Positions 57,664 to 64,000 of a DNA stretch of 64,000 bases are shown piece after piece. The notes below the pieces were generated by a model. The model was not told the origin of the DNA. It saw nothing but the letters and a program-made list of their open reading frames with translations, and made no database searches. The DNA is from an uncultured archaeon (GTDB taxonomy: Archaea > Thermoproteota > Nitrososphaeria_A > Caldarchaeales > Wolframiiraptoraceae), in NCBI GenBank assembly GCA_938083505.1, contig CALKCF010000004.1, forward strand, positions 32,001-96,000. The letters are read 5' to 3'. Position 1 is the stretch's first letter. Every line of letters starts with the position of its first letter. The position numbers and the translations under genes are program-made.

Positions 57664-58098
57664 ATGCTATTAAAGTTACAAAAATTTATGCAAAGAGAAA
57701 GGCCTTTTGGTGTAACGGTTATAGCGATACTTGAAATTATAGGTGGTTTAGTCCTCATCGGCCTGGGAGCATTTTTTGCTGCGGTTGGGATGGCGGCGGG
57801 TGTGATTCCTTTCTTTGGTTTGCCTATCAGTATAGTATATATCGGCTTAGCCATCATACTCATAATCCTAGGTTTGATCGCCTTCGCGATAGCCTACGGT
57901 TTATGGACTGGTAAGGGATGGGCTTGGACCGTTGCATTAGTTTTTTCAATAATCGGTATAATAATCGGCCTCTTAAACCTTCCTGGGGGTATAATAAACA
58001 TAATCATCAATGCCATCATAATCTACTACTTAACGCGTCCACATGTCAAAGAGTTCTTCGGGAAAGCACCACCTATGCCTCCACCGCCGCCACCTTAG
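57664..58098 (+). CDS. Small 4-TM membrane protein with a poly-Pro tail
   Basis: RPFGVTVIAIL, YGLWTGKGWAW, YYLTRPHVKEFFG and PPMPPPPPP. Likely start is 57688. Confidence 0.78.
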   Translation: MLLKLQKFMQRERPFGVTVIAILEIIGGLVLIGLGAFFAAVGMAAGVIPFFGLPISIVYIGLAIILIILGLIAFAIAYGLWTGKGWAWTVALVFSIIGIIIGLLNLPGGIINIIINAIIIYYLTRPHVKEFFGKAPPMPPPPPP

Positions 58099-58247
58099 AT
58101 AAGCGGCCTGCCGAGTTTCTGAATGTACTGATAAAGCTCCTTAGCGTAGTTAGACAGAGCGTCAACCTTTTTCGATAATTCCTCTATCTTGGCCTCCAAC
58201 TTTGCGACCTTTTCCCTTAGCTCTACAAGCTCCTTATCTATACTCAT
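58095..58247 (-). CDS. 50-aa coiled-coil protein (absent from the ORF track)
   Basis: MSIDKELVELREKVAKLEAKIEELSKKVDALSNYAKELYQYIQKLGRPLI; heptad pattern and purine-rich coding style. Confidence 0.75.
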   Translation of the reverse strand: MSIDKELVELREKVAKLEAKIEELSKKVDALSNYAKELYQYIQKLGRPLI

Positions 58248-58346
58248 GGATATTCAAAAGAAGGTTAAACGATAATCTTTTACTTAAACTTTTTTTAACC
58301 AAATGCGTATTCCATCGCGGGTTGCTGTATCTCGTTGCTTTTGCAA

Positions 58347-59810
58347 CTAAATGCCTATCTGACCACTCACAGCCCTTCCTATTATGCTGAGTATCGGAGC
58401 ATTAATGAATCCTAAAGTTATGACTAACAGTAGTAGGATACTCATGGAGAACAACATACTAATCGGTACCTCCTTTACCTCTTTATACTTCAATTCCAAG
58501 AAGAAGATGGCTCTGATCATTCTAAGGTAGTATGCTGCCGTGATAGCGGTCACAAAGATCGCGATAGCTGTCAAAAGCGTCGCGCCAGATGCGAAAGCCC
58601 CGGAGAATACCATCCATTCGCTTGCGAAGCCTCCAAGCGGCGGCGTCCCGGCTATCGATAGCCCAGCTACAAGCATCGTTATGGCCGTTACGGGCATCTT
58701 GGATGCTAAGCCGCCAAGCTTCGTCAAGTCCCTTTCCTTGACCTCATGTATTAAGGCTCCGGCACACATGAAGAGTAGCCCTTTAGCAAAGCCGTGATTC
58801 AGGACATGAAATAAGCCACCAGAGGCGCCTATTGGTATAAGCGACGAGAGGCCGAAGAGTATGTAGCCCATCTGACTGATGCTGCTGTAAGCCAAAAGCC
58901 TCTTAACGTCGTTCTGAACCAGGGCCATGAGACCTCCCCAGAGCATGGTTACGACCGCGAGGGGCATAAGCCATGCCGACATCTCGGAGACCGCTGCTGG
59001 CATGAGATCAAGTATCAGCCTTGAAAAGGCATAAGCACCCGTCTTTATCATAACACCGCTCAGGAGGACACTTATAGGCGTTGGCGCCTCAGCATGAGCA
59101 TCTGGAAGCCATGTATGGAACGGAAACACTGCCATCTTAACGGCTGCTCCTATGAATATCAATGTCGCTACACCTAGCAATGACATTCTGTGGATTTCAT
59201 AACTACGAGGAACGTTTTCTAAGAGTAGCGACATGTCCATGCTACCGAACATGGAGTTCAACCAAGCTATGCCAAGGAGCATGCAAAGGGCGCCAGCATG
59301 AGTGAAGATGAAGTACTTAAAGCCTATGAGTCTCGGGTTTCCAGTTCCCCAGTACGCTATGAGGAAGTAAGATGGAATGAGCATGATTTCCCAGAATATA
59401 TAGAGCATAAATAGGTTCCAAGAAAGGACGACGCCCATCATGCCCGTTTGGAATATTTGCAACAAAGGATAGTAGACTTCCAACTTGTTTTCGTGCTCCA
59501 TGTACCTGTGCGAGTAAACGCTAGCCAAGAAACCCATTAGGGATATGAGCAGGGCGAACGGATAGCTTAGGCTGTCCAACATGAAGTTTAGGTTGAGGCC
59601 GAATGCCGGTATCCAACTGTACGTCTCGTACAGCTGCTTGCCAGCCATTATTATTGGTGCATGGTATAAGATTATCAGGAACGGTATAAGACATGAGATG
59701 TGACATAGTATGGCTCCGTATGTCCACGAATGTCTTCCCAATAAGTAGGTGAAGGGTGAAGCAAGTAGGGGCAGCAACACACTGATGAAAAGCAAGTAAT
59801 TCATCATCAT
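58347..59810 (-). CDS. nuoM: Complex I antiporter-like subunit NuoM
   Basis: YIFWEIMLIPSY, KMAVFPFHTWLPDAHAEAPTPISVLLSGVMIK and LAYSSISQMG. Confidence 0.85.
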   Translation of the reverse strand: MMMNYLLFISVLLPLLASPFTYLLGRHSWTYGAILCHISCLIPFLIILYHAPIIMAGKQLYETYSWIPAFGLNLNFMLDSLSYPFALLISLMGFLASVYSHRYMEHENKLEVYYPLLQIFQTGMMGVVLSWNLFMLYIFWEIMLIPSYFLIAYWGTGNPRLIGFKYFIFTHAGALCMLLGIAWLNSMFGSMDMSLLLENVPRSYEIHRMSLLGVATLIFIGAAVKMAVFPFHTWLPDAHAEAPTPISVLLSGVMIKTGAYAFSRLILDLMPAAVSEMSAWLMPLAVVTMLWGGLMALVQNDVKRLLAYSSISQMGYILFGLSSLIPIGASGGLFHVLNHGFAKGLLFMCAGALIHEVKERDLTKLGGLASKMPVTAITMLVAGLSIAGTPPLGGFASEWMVFSGAFASGATLLTAIAIFVTAITAAYYLRMIRAIFFLELKYKEVKEVPISMLFSMSILLLLVITLGFINAPILSIIGRAVSGQIGI

Positions 59811-61747
59811 ATACGAAGACCTCCGAAAAGCAATATTAAGAATATAACCAAGAGTATCGCGATTCCTAAAGCATACGCGCTTATATTGATGTTGCTGCTG
59901 CCGGTCTGTAAGTACCTGAAAGCCTGAATGAATGATTGTGTCACCCTAGCCAGCGCGTAGTTGAAACCATCTATGACCTTCTCCTCTATATACCTCCTGA
60001 CTTTTGATGAGAACCATAGCGTTCCATCTACGAAAACCTTGTAGTATACGTGGTCGACGTAGTATCTGTTAACCAGAAGTTTGTGGAGCGCCGAACCCAG
60101 CCCACTCGTCCTAATACTAACAGGGTTTATGAGCGGTGCGCCTCTTAACGTTGCGGATAAGTAAAAAGCATAGGCAAGCAGTAGGCCGAATATGAGTATA
60201 GCCGCTGACGTTGCGTATGTTAGCAAGCTGGGCTTAAAATGGTGATGTAGACCGAAGTAGCTCGTGAAAGGTTCTTCGAAGAAGCCGACTAGCAAGCTTA
60301 GTGCGGCGAGTATGAGTAGCGGTATTGTCATGACCTTCGGAGCCTCATGCGCATGGGACGATTCTGGGTTTGAGGAAGCCAAGAATATCTTATAAATCCA
60401 CCTCATGATGTACGTAACTGTTAAGATCGATGTGAGGACGATGAGTAGGTAAATTACAGCGTTGCTAATCTCGAGCGCCGCCTCTATTATCAGGTCTTTG
60501 CTGAAGAAACCACTGAATGGAGGTATACCGGAGAGCGCAAGCGCGCCAAAGAGTGATGCGATGAAAGTGAGCGGCATCTTTCTTGCCAGCCCACCCATCC
60601 TATCGATGTCGTTCGTATGAACAACATGTATCACCGCTCCGGCCGAAAGGAATAGTAAGGCTTTGAATATACTGTGGCTGAGAACGTGGAATTGGCTGGA
60701 GAACCATCCAAGCTCAGAGGCTAAGCCGAGGGCGGCAAACATCAGCCCAAGTTGACTTATCGTGGAGTACGCCACGACCCTCTTTATATCGTTCATCACC
60801 AAGCCCATCGTGGCAGCCAAGAAAGCCGTTACCGCCCCTATTATTGCTATGGTTTCGTACCAAGGGGTCAGAATTTTCCCAAAGGATTCCAGCGGAACAA
60901 TTGTGAATGCTGTCCTAGCAACAAGATAAACACCTGCCTTTACCATGGTTGCCGCGTGGATGAGAGCGCTGACTGGTGTTGGGCCTTCCATGGCGTCAGG
61001 CAGCCATACATGTAAGGGAAATTGAGCCGACTTCCCCATCGCGCCACCAAATATTAACAGCATACATGTGATAACGAAGCCCTGAGCACCCGGGTCTTTT
61101 GAAAGCAACTCTTCCAGACCTATTGATACTTCGCGCATACTAAATGTGCCAAGAGAGATGTAAAGCAAGAGTATGCCGATTAAGAATACTACGTCGCCCA
61201 CTCTTGTAGTGACGAACGCTTTTATTCCTGCATGCGCCGCGGACGGTCTCCTGTACCAAAAGCCGATTAGCGCGTAAGAACACAACCCGACTATTTCCCA
61301 GAATATGTATGTTTGTAAGAGGTTGTTGGAAAGCACGAGACCTACCATCGCACCAACGAAGAAGAGCATGAAGAAATAGTATCTCGGGAGCCCCTCTTCA
61401 TGTTCCATGTAACCTATAGAGTAAAGGATTATGAGTGTACCAAGAAACGATGCGATGGATGCAAACAGCACCGATAACGGGTCTGCCAGGACGCCTGCTT
61501 CGATCCAGCTACCGTCTGGCAGGGGTATCCACTTTATCTTTTCTTCTATAACCTTACCTCCCCATACACTAGGCACCATGGAGAGTGAGAAAATAGCGGA
61601 AATCGATGTAATAATGACCGGGTACGTTTCGCCTGCCTTCTTACCTAGCCTGAAGATAGCAGGAGCGAACACGGAGCCAACAATAGGTATCAACCACGAA
61701 AGCCATGCTGCGAACGGCAACATGTTAAAAATAGAACTTTTTGGCAA
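59807..61747 (-). CDS. nuoL: Complex I antiporter-like subunit NuoL
   Basis: FWEIVGLCSYALIGFW, KSAQFPLHVWLPDAMEGPTPVSALIHAATMV, and the transverse helix plus final TM (YYVD..Y, IDG, QTG). Likely start is 61723. Confidence 0.9.
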   Translation of the reverse strand: MPKSSIFNMLPFAAWLSWLIPIVGSVFAPAIFRLGKKAGETYPVIITSISAIFSLSMVPSVWGGKVIEEKIKWIPLPDGSWIEAGVLADPLSVLFASIASFLGTLIILYSIGYMEHEEGLPRYYFFMLFFVGAMVGLVLSNNLLQTYIFWEIVGLCSYALIGFWYRRPSAAHAGIKAFVTTRVGDVVFLIGILLLYISLGTFSMREVSIGLEELLSKDPGAQGFVITCMLLIFGGAMGKSAQFPLHVWLPDAMEGPTPVSALIHAATMVKAGVYLVARTAFTIVPLESFGKILTPWYETIAIIGAVTAFLAATMGLVMNDIKRVVAYSTISQLGLMFAALGLASELGWFSSQFHVLSHSIFKALLFLSAGAVIHVVHTNDIDRMGGLARKMPLTFIASLFGALALSGIPPFSGFFSKDLIIEAALEISNAVIYLLIVLTSILTVTYIMRWIYKIFLASSNPESSHAHEAPKVMTIPLLILAALSLLVGFFEEPFTSYFGLHHHFKPSLLTYATSAAILIFGLLLAYAFYLSATLRGAPLINPVSIRTSGLGSALHKLLVNRYYVDHVYYKVFVDGTLWFSSKVRRYIEEKVIDGFNYALARVTQSFIQAFRYLQTGSSNINISAYALGIAILLVIFLILLFGGLRI

Positions 61748-61834
61748 TCATTTAAACGTTGAGCTAAATATGGATTCCTCGCACTAATTGTCGTTAATAG
61801 ATATGGATTTATAGGGTTATTTACATCATAATGG

Positions 61835-62137
61835 TTGGTGGTTAAGCTGGAGCTCGTGTTAAAAGTAAGCTCAGAAAATGTCGATAAAGCAAGAAACGTC
61901 TTGTTAAGCGACGAGATCGTGTCGAGGGCCAATGTTCTGTTTAGAGATGCAAAGATAATAGGAGAAGAAGGCTACTACGTTCGAATAATAGGAACTGACG
62001 AACAGTGTTATAGGGCTTTGGAGCTAGCTAGAGATTTTGCGAAAGAGGTTAAAAGTGAAGAGAGGGAGAGGGTGCTTTCGAAGTTCGAGGAAGAAGGCGA
62101 AGCTGCACTTGAAGGATTTGGAAGAATTTTTAGATAA
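61835..62137 (+). CDS. Hypothetical small alpha/beta protein
   Basis: Clean 100-aa ORF with coding-like composition; C-terminal ALEGFGRIF. Confidence 0.65.
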   Translation: MVVKLELVLKVSSENVDKARNVLLSDEIVSRANVLFRDAKIIGEEGYYVRIIGTDEQCYRALELARDFAKEVKSEERERVLSKFEEEGEAALEGFGRIFR

Positions 62138-62227
62138 TTAACCCAACTTTATCGGAAACGTTGGGTGATGTTTAAATATTTTTTAAATTTACTACATAAT
62201 AACTAAGACGTATTTAACGGTGGTCGC

Positions 62228-63817
62228 ATGGGTAGGCGGATAGTTCTAACTTGTGATAGAACATTGACAAGTGAGTATAGGCATGTACCGCTTTTGGATT
62301 TCCTCCCATGCGCGCCCTCAGAAAAAGTTCCTGAGTTTCTCTTCAAATTTTTAGCACCCCAAATACCGGCTGTGGATGGTGTGCTGCCCTATGCACCTTA
62401 TGGTCTTAGGAAGATTGAAGCATCTTTGCGTAGGGATTATAGCGAGAAGGACGTAGTAGTTGCACACCCAGATTACGTTGAAAATTTCATCGGTGAGGAA
62501 ACGAAGGTTGTTGGAATATACGAGATGGACCCACTCGGCTTAGGTCCTTTAAGCCTCGCATTTACGACTGGAAAATTTACGTCGTTCTCAAAGAAATACT
62601 TTGTAGAACTTATTAACAAACTTAACACAATTAGGAAGTCTTATGGCTTTAAGTTCAAAATTGTCGTGGGAGGTCCTGGCGCGTGGTATCTTGATGTAAG
62701 ACCTCAGATAAGGAAGGAGCTGAACATAGACCACATAGTGATAGGTGAGGCTGACCACGTTGCGCCGATTTTATTCCACGAGTTTGAGGAGGGCGATCCG
62801 CCGGAGACCATAAAGATTACGAATCCGCCAAGGTTGGAAGACATACCATTGATAGTTAATCCGAGCATACATGGCCTCGTGGAGGTCATGAGGGGTTGCG
62901 GTAGAAATTGCCAGTTCTGCGACCCGACGCTGAGGGTTGCGAGGTATGTACCGGTAGAGAACGTACTAGAAGAGATCAAAGTTAACACGAAGCACGAAAT
63001 CCATAATGCATGGACTCATAGTGAAGACATCTTCCTGTATAAGGTTGAAGATAAGAAGAATTTCTATCCAAATAGGGACGCACTCATCGAACTCTTCTCA
63101 GCGGTGATGTCAACCCCAGGTATAAGGCACAGCAACCCGACACACGGGACCGTAGCGCCTGCGGCCGCCGACCCGTTACTCATACATCAGCTCTCTAAGA
63201 TATTGAGAAGTTCACCAGAACATTGGATAGGCATACAGTGCGGAATGGAGACAGGCTCCGGAACTCTGCTTGCTAGGTACATGCCGTTGAAGGCTAAGCC
63301 CTTTAACCCTGAAGAATGGCCAGAAGTTGTGATAAATGGAACGGCGGTCTTCAACATGAATTATTGGTTTCCGGGCTACACGTTGCTGATAGGGCTTCCG
63401 ACAGAGACCGACGACGATTTATGGGACACCGTAAGGTTGCTGGATGCAATGGAAATTATTCTGCCCGAGAAGATAGGCGAGAAGGCTCATTTCACAGCTA
63501 CACCGCTCTTCTTCGTACCTATGGGTGTATTGAGCGGTGAGGAGTTCTTCGACGCGAGTAAGCTGACAGAGGCGCAGATGTGTGTTATATACAGAGCATG
63601 GAGACACATACTCATAGAGCTGAATAGACTCCCGACTCGGATGATAAGGCTGAACCCGTTACTGAAGCTAGCGTTCAATATAATAGCGCACTTCGGTGCC
63701 AACTTAGTAGTAAAGGTCATAGAGAAGTCTGCGAAGTCTATGGGTTATGACGTCTCGAAGGCTCTGAGAGTCAGCCCGATAGAGGTAAAGATCAGCCTGC
63801 CCCAGACCCCAGCTTAG
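62228..63817 (+). CDS. Radical SAM protein with an N-terminal B12-binding-like domain
   Basis: APYGLRKIEA, MDPLGLGP, VGGPGAW, GEAD, EVMRGCGRNCQFC (CX3CX2C) and GMETGS. Confidence 0.88.
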   Translation: MGRRIVLTCDRTLTSEYRHVPLLDFLPCAPSEKVPEFLFKFLAPQIPAVDGVLPYAPYGLRKIEASLRRDYSEKDVVVAHPDYVENFIGEETKVVGIYEMDPLGLGPLSLAFTTGKFTSFSKKYFVELINKLNTIRKSYGFKFKIVVGGPGAWYLDVRPQIRKELNIDHIVIGEADHVAPILFHEFEEGDPPETIKITNPPRLEDIPLIVNPSIHGLVEVMRGCGRNCQFCDPTLRVARYVPVENVLEEIKVNTKHEIHNAWTHSEDIFLYKVEDKKNFYPNRDALIELFSAVMSTPGIRHSNPTHGTVAPAAADPLLIHQLSKILRSSPEHWIGIQCGMETGSGTLLARYMPLKAKPFNPEEWPEVVINGTAVFNMNYWFPGYTLLIGLPTETDDDLWDTVRLLDAMEIILPEKIGEKAHFTATPLFFVPMGVLSGEEFFDASKLTEAQMCVIYRAWRHILIELNRLPTRMIRLNPLLKLAFNIIAHFGANLVVKVIEKSAKSMGYDVSKALRVSPIEVKISLPQTPA

Positions 63818-63872
63818 ATGCAAAAAATTCAATAAGCCCTATGTTGTATAAATATACTGGCCGGGGTAAAAG

Positions 63873-63962
63873 GCCGGGGTTGGCGAAAAGCCACCGAAGG
63901 CCGAGCAGCTAGGCGGCGGCCTGCAGAGCCGCTCCACTCGGGTGCAAATCCCGACCCCGGCT
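63873..63962 (+). tRNA. tRNA-Cys(GCA) with an 18-nt intron at 8/9 (63881..63898)
   Basis: GCCGGGG/CCCCGGC-T acceptor and GCGGC-CTGCAGA-GCCGC anticodon arm. Removing TGGCGAAAAGCCACCGAA gives GCCGGGGTGGCCGAGCAGCTAGGC. TATA-like TATAAATA at 63847-54. Confidence 0.88.
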
Positions 63963-64000
63963 TTATATATAATGAATACGTCGTGCAAATTCTGCGACTC

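Noticed and set aside
62141-62166. Inverted repeat ACCCAAC-N12-GTTGGGT after ORF 61835..62137
   Set aside because: A single 7-bp repeat with no U tract directly after it. It could be a terminator or operator, but nothing else supports that.
1-64000. CRISPR array, cas genes, integrase, transposase or provirus
   Set aside because: I saw no regularly spaced repeats, no recombinase or transposase motifs, and no duplicated tRNA 3' ends.

Overview
This is 64 kb of an archaeal chromosome from the TACK group. Crenactin, a gins23-mcm-hel308 run and a thrC-like/sulfur-carrier pair fit a Caldarchaeales/Aigarchaeota-like thermophile, but that assignment is an inference. Housekeeping content: eS1, YchF, aIF6, eL31, eL39, eS19, Rpp21, Nep1, Trm14, pyrD/B/I/C, tmk, MetAP and TrpRS. 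Energy metabolism: a group 3b NiFe hydrogenase, a tungsten-family AOR, an Fe-ADH and an isolated nuoL-nuoM pair. Transport: a BMP-type nucleoside ABC system, a P2A ATPase, two ECF S-components next to NikR, and an MFS permease. The ORF track misses an RNA layer. There are four tRNAs, and three carry short BHB-type introns at non-canonical sites: Gly 29/30 (17 nt), Ser D-arm (10 nt) and Cys 8/9 (18 nt). There are also four box C/D guide sRNAs and two small ORFs (eL39 and a 50-aa coiled coil). Other highlights: a two-gene crenactin plus arcadin-2-like module, a thrC-like gene followed by a ubiquitin-like sulfur carrier with a capped diglycine, and three patches of decayed genes. I saw no CRISPR array, integrase or transposase. 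All calls come from reading motifs by eye; no database search was run.
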